Assembly (NCBI GenBank): GCA_965225945.1
Contig: CBDDBZ010000038.1
Span: 416,001 to 480,000 of the forward strand
DNA length: 64,000 bases
Reading direction: 5' to 3'
Source of the DNA: Alphaproteobacteria bacterium
GTDB taxonomy: Bacteria; Pseudomonadota; Alphaproteobacteria; GCA-2731375
Shown one piece after another: positions 29,760 to 43,408 of the stretch (its first letter is position 1; every line of letters begins with the position of its first letter). Position numbers and translations under genes: made by a program. The notes beneath the pieces were generated by a model, which worked only from the letters and a program-made list of their open reading frames with translations, was not told the DNA's origin and made no database searches.

Positions 29760-30629
29760 ATGGCGATGACCCAAGGGCACGACCAGCGCTTCGAGATCCG
29801 TCCGCTCGGCCGCACCTTCGGTGCCGAGATCCACGCCATCCAGCTCGCCCGCGACGTCGACGACGCGCTGTTCGAGGCGATCCATGCCGCCTTCCTCGAG
29901 CACCAGTTGCTGCTGTTCCGCGACCAGGATCTGCCGCCGGCCGACCAAGTCGCCTTCGCCCGGCGCTTCGGCGAGGTGCAGATCCACGTGATGAACCAGT
30001 ATCATACCGGCGACCACCCAGAACTCTACACCCTCACCAACCTGGCCGCGGACGGCAATCCCTCGGGCACCCATCCCGACAGGGGCACGCTCCATTGGCA
30101 CACCGACAATTCCTGGTCCAAGGTCACCGGCCAGGCGACGATGCTCTATGTCGAGGTGGCGCCCGAGGAAGGCGGCGGCACCGGCTGGGCCGACATGTAT
30201 TGCGCGCACGACGCCATGAGCGCGGCCGAGCGGGCCGAGTTCGCCTCGATCCGCGCGGTTCACGACCTGAATTTCTCCCGCACCCGCCGGCACCCCGAGG
30301 ATCCGATGACCGACGGGCAGCGCCGCCTGAAGCCGCCGGTCGACCATCCGATCGTCCGCACCCACGGCGAGACCGGGCGCAAATGCATCTTTCTGGGCGA
30401 TCATGCCTCGCACATTCTCGGCCGGCCGATGCCTGAGGGGCGGGAGATGGTGGCGGCGCTGAACCGCCGGATCGTCGAATTCGACAATATCTATCACCAC
30501 ACCTGGCGGGCGGGAGATTTCGCCGTCTGGGACAACCGTTGCCTGCTGCACAGGGCGGACGAATACGACGCCAAGACCCAGCGCCGGGTGATCCGCCGCT
30601 GCACGATTTTGGGCCAGGTGCCGGAATGA
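29760..30629 (+). CDS. TauD/TfdA family 2-oxoglutarate-dependent dioxygenase
   Basis: WHTD facial triad, GGGT.WAD, HPIVRTH.ETGR, WDNRCLLH. Confidence 0.92.
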   Translation: MAMTQGHDQRFEIRPLGRTFGAEIHAIQLARDVDDALFEAIHAAFLEHQLLLFRDQDLPPADQVAFARRFGEVQIHVMNQYHTGDHPELYTLTNLAADGNPSGTHPDRGTLHWHTDNSWSKVTGQATMLYVEVAPEEGGGTGWADMYCAHDAMSAAERAEFASIRAVHDLNFSRTRRHPEDPMTDGQRRLKPPVDHPIVRTHGETGRKCIFLGDHASHILGRPMPEGREMVAALNRRIVEFDNIYHHTWRAGDFAVWDNRCLLHRADEYDAKTQRRVIRRCTILGQVPE

Positions 30630-30675
30630 GCGGGGACGGCGGGCGCGGCGCCGGCTGAGACGAGGGAGGGACCCA

Positions 30676-30903
30676 ATGGCCGAGATCACGGTGGAATTCG
30701 TGGCGCTCATGGCACGGACCTGGCACGGCATCGAACTCGACGGAAACGCGGCGGACGGCATCGCCCGCATGCTGCGGCCGATGGAGGCGGCGGCCGAAAG
30801 CGCCGCGGCGGATCTGGATTTCGAATCCGAGCCGGCCGACTTCACCCGGCTGCTCGACGAACTAGCCGACGGAGGGGCGAACGAGGGGGCGGGCGAGGGA
30901 TGA
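30676..30903 (+). CDS. Small acidic protein coupled to the amidase (GatC/AtzG-like accessory subunit?)
   Basis: 75 aa, GGAGG RBS, ends LDFESEPADF; ATGA overlap with the amidase. Confidence 0.6.
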   Translation: MAEITVEFVALMARTWHGIELDGNAADGIARMLRPMEAAAESAAADLDFESEPADFTRLLDELADGGANEGAGEG

Positions 30904-32315
30904 GCGAGGCGTTTCGCGGCTGGACGCTGGTCGAGACGGCGGCGCGGGTGGCCGCCCGCGAGGTCTCGGGCGAGGAGGTGGCGCGGGCCGCGATCGCCCG
31001 GGCGGAGGCGGCACAACCGGCGCTCAACGCCTTCATCCATCTGGAGGCCGAGGCGGCACTTCGCCAGGCCCGCGCGGTCGATGCGGCGATTCGGCGGGGC
31101 GAGGCGGCGGGGCCGCTCGCCGGCGCGCCGCTGGCGCACAAGGACATGTACTACCGAGCAGGCCGGCTCTCGACCGCCGGCTCGGCGATCCGGCGCGACT
31201 TCGTGCCCTCGACCACGGCGAGCGTGCTGACACGGCTGGATCGCGCCGGCGCGCTCGACCTCGGCGGCCTCAACATGAGCGAGTTCGCGGTCGGGCCGAC
31301 CGGCCACAACCGGCATTACGGCGATTGCCACAATCCCTGGAACCTCGAGCACGCGCCGGGCGGCTCCTCCTCCGGCTCCGGCGCCAGCGTGGCGGCGGGC
31401 GTGCTGGGGGGCGCGCTCGGCTCCGACACCGGCGGCTCGATCCGCATCCCCTCCGCCATGTCCGGCGTCGTCGGCCTGAAGCCGACCCAGACCCGGGTCT
31501 CCCGGCACGGCATTCTGCCGCTCTCGTTCTCCTTCGATTGCGTCGGCCCGCTGACCCGCACCGTGCGCGACGCGGCCCGCATCCTCTCGGTGATCGCCGG
31601 GCGCGACGCCGCCGATTCCACCTCCAGCACGCGCCCCGTCCCCGATTACGAGGCAGGCCTCGACGGGCCGGTGGGCGAGCTGCGGCTGGGCGTGCCGACG
31701 AGCTACTATTACGACGGCTTGACGGCGGAAGTGGCCGGCGCGGTCGCCGCGGCTCGGGCCGTCTTCGCCGATCTCGGCGTGGCCGCGCGCGAGGTCGAGG
31801 TGCCGAGCCACGAGGAGATGAACCTGATCTGGCCGATCGCGCTCTCGGCCGAGGCGGCGACGATCCATCGCCGCTGGCTGCGCGAGCGTCCGGGCGACTA
31901 TCAGCCGCAGGTCCGCCGGCGGATCGAGGTGGGGCTCTATCAGCCGGCGACCCGATATATCGAGGTGATCACGCTCAGGCAGCGCTTCACCCGCGACTTC
32001 GTCCGCCTGGCGCTCGGCCAGGTCGACGCCCTGATCGTGCCGACCGCGCCGATGCCGTCACCCCGGCTGGCGGACGTCGGACTCGGCGACGACGAACGGA
32101 TGGTGGCGCTGGTCATGAAGATTTCCGCCATGACGCGGCCGATCAACTTCCTCGGCCTGCCGTCGCTCTCCGTCCCTTGCGGCTTCACCGAGGCCGGCCT
32201 GCCCATGGCCTTCCAGTTGATCGGCCGTCCCTTTGCCGAGGCGACCCTGTTCCGTCTCGGTCATGCCTACCAGGAAGCGACGGGCTGGTGGCGCCGGCTT
32301 CCCGAGCTGCCCTGA
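30900..32315 (+). CDS. Amidase-signature family enzyme
   Basis: AHKD, PGGSSSGS, GSDTGGSIRIP (Ser-cisSer-Lys triad). Confidence 0.93.
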   Translation: MSEAFRGWTLVETAARVAAREVSGEEVARAAIARAEAAQPALNAFIHLEAEAALRQARAVDAAIRRGEAAGPLAGAPLAHKDMYYRAGRLSTAGSAIRRDFVPSTTASVLTRLDRAGALDLGGLNMSEFAVGPTGHNRHYGDCHNPWNLEHAPGGSSSGSGASVAAGVLGGALGSDTGGSIRIPSAMSGVVGLKPTQTRVSRHGILPLSFSFDCVGPLTRTVRDAARILSVIAGRDAADSTSSTRPVPDYEAGLDGPVGELRLGVPTSYYYDGLTAEVAGAVAAARAVFADLGVAAREVEVPSHEEMNLIWPIALSAEAATIHRRWLRERPGDYQPQVRRRIEVGLYQPATRYIEVITLRQRFTRDFVRLALGQVDALIVPTAPMPSPRLADVGLGDDERMVALVMKISAMTRPINFLGLPSLSVPCGFTEAGLPMAFQLIGRPFAEATLFRLGHAYQEATGWWRRLPELP

Positions 32316-32343
32316 AACTCGAAAACAGCTGAGGATTTCGTCC

Positions 32344-33555
32344 ATGACCAACGCCGAGGGCGCCCGCCCGCTGCAGGGTATCCGTGTCGTCGATGCCGCG
32401 ACCTTCATCGCAGCACCCTTCTGCGCCACCCTGCTGGCGGAATTCGGCGCCGAGGTGATCAAGGTGGAGTTACCGGGCGTGGGCGATCCGCTGCGTCGCT
32501 TCGGCACCCGCACGGAGTGCGGCGAGACGCTGCCCTGGCTCAGTGAGTCGCGGAACAAGCGCTCCGTCACGCTCGATCTCCGCAAGCCCGAGGGCGCCGA
32601 ACTCTTCAAGCGGCTGGTCGGCGAAAGCGACGTGCTCTGCGAGAACTTCCAGACCGGCACGTTGGAGGGCTGGGGCGTCGGCTGGGAGGTGCTGAGGGAG
32701 GTCAATCCGGGCCTGGTGATGCTCAGGGTGACCGGTTACGGCCAGACGGGACCCTATGCCGGGCGGCCGGGCTTCGGGCGCATCGCCAACGCCTTCGGCG
32801 GGCTCGCCTTCCTCGCCGGCTATCCCGACCGGCCGCCGGTGACGCCCGGGAGCGCGACGCTGCCCGACTATATGTCCGGCCTCTTTGGCGCCTTCGGCGT
32901 GCTGATGGCGCTGCGTGCGCGCGATTCCTCGGGCACCGGCCAGTACATCGACATCGGGCTCTACGAATCGATCTTCCGCGTTCTCGACGAGCTGGCGCCG
33001 AGATATGATCTGACCGGTTTCGTCCGCCAGCGCATGGGGCCCGGCACGGTCAACACGGTGCCGCACAGCCACTACCCGACCAAGGACGATTCCTGGATCG
33101 CGATCGCCTGCACCAGCGACAAGATCTTCGCCCGTCTCGCCGTGCTGATGGGCCAGGGCGAGCTCGCGGGCGAGGGCCGCTTCGGCACCATCGACCGGCG
33201 CCAGGCCGAGCGGGAAGAAGTGGACGCCCTGGTGACGGCGTGGACCCGGGAGCGCAACCGCGACGAGATCCTGACGCTGTGCGAGGCGGCGCAAGTGCCA
33301 TGCGGGCCGATCTACGGCATCGACGAGATTTTCGAGGATCCGCATTTCGCCGCGCGCGGGAACATCGACTTCGTCGAGGACGAGCGGATCGGCAAGCTGG
33401 CTTTTCCGAACGTGGTGCCCCGGTTGAGCGCGACGCCCGGCGGCATCGACCGGCTGGGCCCATCGCTCGGCGAGGCGGTCGACGACGTCTATGGGCGGAT
33501 TCTGGGGCTGGCCGAGGATGAGATCGCTGCCTTGCGCGAGAAGGGCGTGATCTGA
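32344..33555 (+). CDS. CaiB/BaiF (family III) CoA-transferase
   Basis: LAEFGAEVIKVE, RNKRSVTLDL, ENF, GYGQTGPY, catalytic D in LPDY. Confidence 0.92.
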   Translation: MTNAEGARPLQGIRVVDAATFIAAPFCATLLAEFGAEVIKVELPGVGDPLRRFGTRTECGETLPWLSESRNKRSVTLDLRKPEGAELFKRLVGESDVLCENFQTGTLEGWGVGWEVLREVNPGLVMLRVTGYGQTGPYAGRPGFGRIANAFGGLAFLAGYPDRPPVTPGSATLPDYMSGLFGAFGVLMALRARDSSGTGQYIDIGLYESIFRVLDELAPRYDLTGFVRQRMGPGTVNTVPHSHYPTKDDSWIAIACTSDKIFARLAVLMGQGELAGEGRFGTIDRRQAEREEVDALVTAWTRERNRDEILTLCEAAQVPCGPIYGIDEIFEDPHFAARGNIDFVEDERIGKLAFPNVVPRLSATPGGIDRLGPSLGEAVDDVYGRILGLAEDEIAALREKGVI

Positions 33556-33667
33556 GCCGGCGGCCTCAGGGCGGGCCGGCCCCAGCAGTCGGGCGAAAGT
33601 TCACGCGGGCGTGGATTCGAGTTAGAGTGAATGGGCCGTAACGGCAACACATCGACGGGAGGCGATC

Positions 33668-34994
33668 ATGAACCAACGAGAATTCACCAGGCGGATAGTG
33701 CTGCGATACAGCGCGGCGGCGATTACGGCCGCCGCGGCAGGCGCGATACCGGGCGTTTCGGCGTCCCAGGCCAGCGGTCTCAAGCTCTGGGCGGCGGTGG
33801 TGCACAAGGTCGGCGCCAAGGACTGGAGTGCCATGGCGGCGCAGGCCGGCATCGAGATCGCCTACACGACCAAGAGCGCGCGGGCCGACGAGGCGATCCA
33901 GAAGATGGTGGTCGGCGACGGCAACAAGCTGTTCGACGCGATGACCGACAACGGCGGCGGGATGGAGGACGCGCTCGCCTCGCAGGGCGTCATCGTGCCG
34001 CTCGATACCTCGAAGATCCCCAACTGGAGCAACATCCTGCCGACCTACAAGGAGGGCGCTTCGCGGCGGACACCATCCGTTACAAGGGCAAGGTATTCGC
34101 CACGCCGATGATCTCCAACGCCGATTCCCTGGCTTACGACTTCAAGGTGCTGGGATTTCACCCCGATAGCTGGGGCGTGATGTGCCGACCTACAAGGAGG
34201 GCGGCTTCGCGGCGGACACCATCCGTTACAAGGGCAAGGTATTCGCCACGCCGATGATCTCCAACGCCGATTCCCTGGCTTACGACTTCAAGGTGCTGGG
34301 ATTTCACCCCGATAGCTGGGGCGTGATGTTCGATTCCCAATTCAAGGGTCGGGTGGCGCTGCAGAACGATTTCGGCCCCACCCTCACCAACATGGCGATC
34401 TACCTCAAGGAAAGCGGCAAGATCGAGATCAAGGACGCCTCCGACATGTTGCCGAAGGAAGTCAAGGCGGTTTGCCAGTTCCTCATCGACTACAAGAAGA
34501 AGGGACAGTTCCGCACCTTCTGGGACGGCTTTCAGAACGGCGTCGGGATCCTGACCAGTGGCGAGGTGGTGATGTCGTCGTGCTGGGAACCGGTGCAGAT
34601 CGTCGCCAACAAGAAGACCGGCGACAAGGCCGACATCCGCTACGGCACCATGAAGGAGGGGCATCAGGCCTGGAACAACGTCATCATGCTGACCAAGGGT
34701 GCTGCGTCGCGCGGCGCGGAAGACCTCTATTACAAGCTGGCCAACGTCTATCTTTCGCCCTGGTTCGGCGCGCGCACGCTGGCCGGGCTCGGCTTCGGGC
34801 CGCAGATGGTCGGCGTCAACAAATACATCGAGGACAACCCCGACGACTTCTCGGCCGCCGAGCGAGCCCGCGTGCTCGAGATCCTGAAAGCCAAGGAGGT
34901 GCGCTACGCGGTCAAGGGTAACGCCTGGCAGAACGTCTTTCCGACCCATATCCGCGATTACCAGGACTGGTGGGCCCGGTTGCAGGCCGCCTGA
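33668..34994 (+). pseudogene. PotD/PotF-like ABC substrate-binding protein interrupted by an imperfect ~146-bp tandem duplication
   Basis: TRR Tat-like signal, PLDTSKIPNW, PDSWGVMFD..FKGRVAL; 34038..34182 is repeated at 34183..34328. Confidence 0.8.
34038..34328. repeat. Tandem duplication (145 + 146 bp)
   Basis: Copies appear identical except for one G missing in copy 1 (GGAGGGCGCTTCG vs GGAGGGCGGCTTCG). Confidence 0.9.
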
Positions 34995-35000
34995 TCGGCG

Positions 35001-35942
35001 ATGGACGCGGCCACGCCCGAGACGAAGGGCACGCGCATGCAGGGAGGTCGGGGCGACCCGGCCTCCCCCGGCGCGTGGCGCCGCCTCGTCGGCGAGAACG
35101 GGCTGCAGAAGTGGGTGTTCTATCTGCCGGCCGTCTTCATGGTGGTATTCCTCGCAATTCCGACGGCGTTGACGTTCGTCTGGAGCTTCTTCGTGCGGAC
35201 GACGTTTTGGATGGAGCCGGGCTTCACGCTCTTCGCCTATGAGAACTTCTTCACCTCGGCCAGGGCCGAGAATTTCCTCTATTCGATGATGCACTCCGCC
35301 TGGGCGGTGGTCATCAGCTTCGCCATCGGCTTCCCGATCGCGGTCTTCGTGCGCCGTCGGGTGCCTCAGGCGGCGCAGCACCGGGTCGTGCTCCTGTTTA
35401 TTCTGCCCTTTATGATCTCCGAGCTGGTGCGCGTCTTCGCCATGCGGCCGGTGCTGGGCCGTTACGGCATCATCAACAACTTGCTGATGGACATCGGCCT
35501 GATTTCAGAGCCGATCTCGGTGATCCTGTTCTCGCCGTTAGGCGTCGTCATCGGCGATGTGTTGTCGTTCCTGCCCTTCATGGTGTTTTCGGGTTTTCTG
35601 GCCATGGAAGCGGTGCAACGCTACGTCTTCGAGGTCTGCGACGATCTCGGCGCCGGGACGGTGCGGACGATGCGGGACGTGATCATCCCGCTCGCCGCAC
35701 CCGGAATCTTCGCGGGCAGCGTCTTCATCTTCGTCAACGGCCTGGGTCAGGCGCTGGTTCCGATCATTCTGGGCGGCCCGGGTGCGGTCAACGCCGGCCT
35801 GATCGCCAACCAGGCGATCACTGCCTTGGACTTTCCGCTCGCCATGGCAATCAGCGCGATCATGATTCTGACCCTGATCGTGCTGCTCTACATCGGGCAC
35901 CGCTTGTTCGATCTGACCAAGATTCTGCAGCCGATAAGCTGA
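35001..35942 (+). CDS. PotB-like ABC permease
   Basis: ILPF.ISELVRVFA...G.IN, EVCDDLGA (EAA loop), IIPLAAPG. Confidence 0.88.
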   Translation: MDAATPETKGTRMQGGRGDPASPGAWRRLVGENGLQKWVFYLPAVFMVVFLAIPTALTFVWSFFVRTTFWMEPGFTLFAYENFFTSARAENFLYSMMHSAWAVVISFAIGFPIAVFVRRRVPQAAQHRVVLLFILPFMISELVRVFAMRPVLGRYGIINNLLMDIGLISEPISVILFSPLGVVIGDVLSFLPFMVFSGFLAMEAVQRYVFEVCDDLGAGTVRTMRDVIIPLAAPGIFAGSVFIFVNGLGQALVPIILGGPGAVNAGLIANQAITALDFPLAMAISAIMILTLIVLLYIGHRLFDLTKILQPIS

Positions 35943-35946
35943 CGCC

Positions 35947-36837
35947 ATGATGGACGACTACAGCAGCGCCTGGACCTATCGGCTGAAATGGGCCTATCTG
36001 CTCGCCGTGCTGGGCGCCTTGCTAATGCCCACCTTCTACATCATTTACATTTCCTTCAACGAACACGGCTTCGGCGCCCGGATCTACGAGTTCACCTTCG
36101 ATTGGTATGTCGTCGTTCTGGGCGACACCATGCTGGTGGCGTCCTTGAAGTGGACCGCGTACCTGGCCGGCGCGGCGGTCGTGATCGTGGTGCCGATGGC
36201 GTTGCTGTCGGCCAAGTTCTACAAGCGGACGCGCTTCAAGGTCGCCTTCGTGACCTTGATGCTGTTCCCGCTCTTCATCCCGGCCGACATCATGGCCTCC
36301 AACCTGCTGGTCTATTTCCGCCAGCTGAACGGGTTCTTCACGTTTCTCGGCGAAAGCCTCGGCGCCGAGTGGCTGACCCATTGGTTCGAACTCGGCTTCA
36401 CCACCGCGCTGATCGGCCAGGTGCTCTACACCGTGCCTTATGCCTTCATCATCATTCTGATCACCATGTCGCGCTACCGCGAACAGCAGACGGAGGCGGC
36501 GCGGGCCTGCGGCGCCACCGCCTGGCAGGCCTTCTGGCAGGTCGAATTTCCGCAGATCCGGGTCGGCATCTTCAGCGCCTGCGCCTTCGTCACCATCCTG
36601 TCGTTCAACGAAGCGGTTCGGACCGCGATGCTGAAGGGCGGCTTCGACACCTTTTCCAACGTGCTGGTCTCGCAGATGCTGAACGTCGGCATGTCGGAGG
36701 AATCCTACGCCATGGCCGGGACCATGAGCATGGTCTCGATGCTGGTGATCGGCTCGATCATCGTCTACACCCTGATCCGCGCCGAACGCCTGGAGCGAAT
36801 TCAGCGGGCCAAGGCCGCGCCCGTGATGTCCAGCTAG
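35947..36837 (+). CDS. PotC-like ABC permease
   Basis: ISFN...FTFDWY, EAARACGA, LSFNE. Confidence 0.88.
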   Translation: MMDDYSSAWTYRLKWAYLLAVLGALLMPTFYIIYISFNEHGFGARIYEFTFDWYVVVLGDTMLVASLKWTAYLAGAAVVIVVPMALLSAKFYKRTRFKVAFVTLMLFPLFIPADIMASNLLVYFRQLNGFFTFLGESLGAEWLTHWFELGFTTALIGQVLYTVPYAFIIILITMSRYREQQTEAARACGATAWQAFWQVEFPQIRVGIFSACAFVTILSFNEAVRTAMLKGGFDTFSNVLVSQMLNVGMSEESYAMAGTMSMVSMLVIGSIIVYTLIRAERLERIQRAKAAPVMSS

Positions 36838-36863
36838 TGTCGAGAAGCATCGGGTGGCGTCGA

Positions 36864-37961
36864 ATGAACGAGGGTCCTGATTTCGCCGTCGAGGTCGCCG
36901 GGCTCTCCAAAGCTTATGGATCGGTGGTCGCGCTCAAGTCGATCGATCTCGCCATCGAGAGCGGCCGTTATTTCGTCCTGCTGGGCCCCAGCGGCGGCGG
37001 CAAGACCACGCTTCTGCGCCTGATCGGCGGCTTCATCCGCCCGAGCGCCGGGCGGATCATGCTGCACGGCCGGGATGTCGGCAGGCTGGCCCCGAACCAT
37101 CGCCCCACCACCATGGTGTTCCAGAGCTACGCCCTCTTCCCGCACATGAACGTCGAGAAGAATGTCGGCTACGGGTTGCGCCTGCGGAAGCTGCCGAAGG
37201 CTGAAATTCGCGACACGGTCGCTAGGATGCTGGCCCTGGTGAGCCTCGAGGGCTATGGCGAGCGTATGCCGCACGAGCTCTCGGGCGGACAGCAGCAACG
37301 GGTACAGCTCGCCCGCTCGCTGGTGCTGGAAGCCGACATCCTCTTGCTGGACGAACCGCTGGCCTCGCTCGACGCCAAGCTCAGAAAGGACATGTGCCTG
37401 GAACTGAAGCGGATCCAGGAGCAGGTCGGCATCACCTTCGTCCACGTCACCCACAACCAGGAAGAGGCGATGACGATCGGCGACCGCATCGCCCTCATCG
37501 CCGACGGCGAGCTGGTCGAGGAAGGCAGCGCGCGAGACGTCTACGAGCGTCCCCGCCGCCGCTTCACCGCCGACTTCATCGGCGAGAACAACGTCCTCGA
37601 CGGCCGTGTAGCGGCGGTCGGCGACGGCGAGGTGACGCTCGACATCGGCGGCGCCACGGCGCGGGTCGCGCGGAGCGGTGCCATGGTGGCGGAGGGCGCG
37701 ACCGCCGCGTTCTCCATCCGCTCCGAGCGTTGCCGCCTGTTCCGCCCGGGCGAGACGGTGCCCGACGACTTTGAGGCGATTCCCGCGTCCTTCATCGAGG
37801 AGAGATACGTCGGATTGACGATTTCCCGTCTCGCCCGCTTGGCCGACGGAAGGGAAGTTCTGGTCCGCGAGTTCGCCACCGACGAACCCGACCGCCTGGT
37901 CTCGGGCGACGAAGTCCAGTTCTGCTGGCGGGTCGCGGACGCCCGCCTGCATCTCGACTGA
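36864..37961 (+). CDS. PotA-like ABC ATP-binding protein
   Basis: GPSGGGKTT, FQSYALFPHM, LSGGQQQR, LLLDEP. Confidence 0.92.
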   Translation: MNEGPDFAVEVAGLSKAYGSVVALKSIDLAIESGRYFVLLGPSGGGKTTLLRLIGGFIRPSAGRIMLHGRDVGRLAPNHRPTTMVFQSYALFPHMNVEKNVGYGLRLRKLPKAEIRDTVARMLALVSLEGYGERMPHELSGGQQQRVQLARSLVLEADILLLDEPLASLDAKLRKDMCLELKRIQEQVGITFVHVTHNQEEAMTIGDRIALIADGELVEEGSARDVYERPRRRFTADFIGENNVLDGRVAAVGDGEVTLDIGGATARVARSGAMVAEGATAAFSIRSERCRLFRPGETVPDDFEAIPASFIEERYVGLTISRLARLADGREVLVREFATDEPDRLVSGDEVQFCWRVADARLHLD

Positions 37962-38200
37962 ATCACCGCGCCCGGGCCACCGCGTCGAGCGCCATCAGCG
38001 CGGCGGCGAAGCTCTGTCGCAAGCCGTTGACGGAGAGATAGCCCTCGGCGCCGCACCCGCCCCCGGCTGATGTCCTCTTCCTCCTCAGGTTCGGACCTCC
38101 CGCCCGTGGAGAAAAGGTCGAAGACCCGCCGGCGCCTGCCTCGGGCGGCGCCGGGGCTGTCATTTTGACCTCTCGGGCGTCCTCTCGGGCGCGCCGATGC

Positions 38201-41824
<3,624 letters not shown>

Positions 41825-41828
<4 letters not shown>

Positions 41829-42943
41829 ACGCGAATCGGCATCAGCACGTAGAGTGCGCTGCCGTCCTCGGAATCCTGAATGATCGTCGGCGAGCCGGCG
41901 TCGGCGAGCTTGAAGCTGGCGCTTTGCCCGTCGATCTGTTCGGCGATGTCCATCAGGTATCGGAAATTGAAGCCGATCTCCATCTCTCCGCCGGCGAAGG
42001 CCACGGGCATCTCCTCAGTGGCGCTACCGGCCTCGGGACTGTTGGCGGAAAGCGTCAGCTTGTCCGGGGAGAGCGCCAGCTTCACCGCGCGCGTTTTCTC
42101 CGAGCTTATGGTGGCCACCCGGTCGACAGCGGTCACCAGCTCCCGGCTGTCGACTTCCATCACCTTGTCGTTGCCCTCGGGAATGACCCGTTCGTAGTCG
42201 GGAAAGGTGCCGTCGATCAGCTTCGAGGTCATCACCACGGACTCGATGGCGAAGCGGATCCGCGTCTCGCTGAGCGAGACGTCGACGGTGCCGTCGTTGT
42301 CTTCCAGCAGCTTCACGACCTCCAGCACCGCCTTCCTGGGCACAATGACGTCCGCCATGTCCTTGGCGCCTTCGGGCAGCGGCAGCTCGACCCGGGCGAG
42401 ACGGTGGCCGTCGGTGGCCACGGCGCGAATCACCGCGACGCCGTCGAGTTCCTTCACGTGCAGGTAGATGCCGTTCAGGTAATAGCGGGTCTCCTCGGTC
42501 GAGATGGCGAAGCGGGTCTTCTCGATCAGCCGCTTCAGATCGCCCGCCTGGATTTGGAAGCGATGCGGCAGCTCGTCCTCCGACATCGCCGGGAAATCCT
42601 CCCTGGGCAGGCAGGCCAGCGCGAAGCTGGAGCGTCCCGCCACGAGCGCCAGGCGGCCGGTCTCGCTGGAATAGTCGAGGCTCACCTGGGCGCCGTCGGG
42701 GAGCTTGCGCACGATGTCGTGGAGCATGTGCGCCGATACCGTGGTGGCGCCGGTGGCGTGGACGTCGGCCGGTGCCTCCTCGACGATGGCGATGTCCAGA
42801 TCCGTCGTGGTCAGGCGCAGGCGATCCACCTCCGCCGCCAACAGCACGTTGGAAAGAATCGGTATCGTGCTGCGGCGCTCGACCACGCTCTGGACGTGTC
42901 CGAGGGAGCGGAGGAGGGCGCCGCGTTCAATCGTCAGCTTCAT
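41825..42943 (-). CDS. dnaN: DNA polymerase III beta clamp
   Basis: VERR.TIPILSN, ETRYYLNG, ATDGHRLA, LIDGTFPDY, YVLMPIRV. Confidence 0.97.
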
Positions 42944-43138
42944 CGTTTTCCAAGCCGAAACAATTTCTCTTGATGCTGGAGCGAGCCGCTCGCCGATAGT
43001 GCGACGGCGAGGCCCGCGCCACGGCCGCGAGTCTAGCAGAAGCATGCCCGCGCCGCACCCTCCGCGAGCGCTAGTGCGCGGTGGCGGGGTGGTCGATTCA
43101 ATGCCCGCTTCGGATGTGGCGCCTGCCCGGTCCGAGAT

Positions 43139-43408
43139 TAGCCCGCATTTCTCACCGTGCCCATGGCCTCAGCGTCGCTGTCGACCCGACAGGGCAGGAG
43201 CGCCGCGCCGCGCGATGTGGGTCATCGGGCAAGCGACGCGACGCACCCTGTCGGGCCGACAGCGACGCCCAGGGGGTCGACCTGGGCCGGCCGCCCGCCG
43301 TGTCGAAGGCCTTCACCGTAGGCCCCGCTACGCTTTCAGGCCTTCTCCTTGCGGATCGACTCGGCCCAGGTCGACTGAGGCCGTGGGCACGGTGAGAAAT
43401 ACGGGCTA
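43139..43408. mobile_element. Non-coding MITE-like structured element B (34-bp terminal inverted repeats, TA ends)
   Basis: 43139..43172 matches the reverse complement of 43375..43408 at 32/34; internal hairpins 43173..43267 and 43276..43375. Confidence 0.8.

Noticed and set aside
37963-38163. 66-aa ORF between the ABC ATPase and gyrB
   Set aside because: No recognisable motif or clear RBS; may be a remnant but cannot be supported.
42943-43140. oriC or missing dnaA upstream of dnaN
   Set aside because: No DnaA boxes or AT-rich unwinding region seen; separation of dnaA from dnaN is common in alphaproteobacteria.
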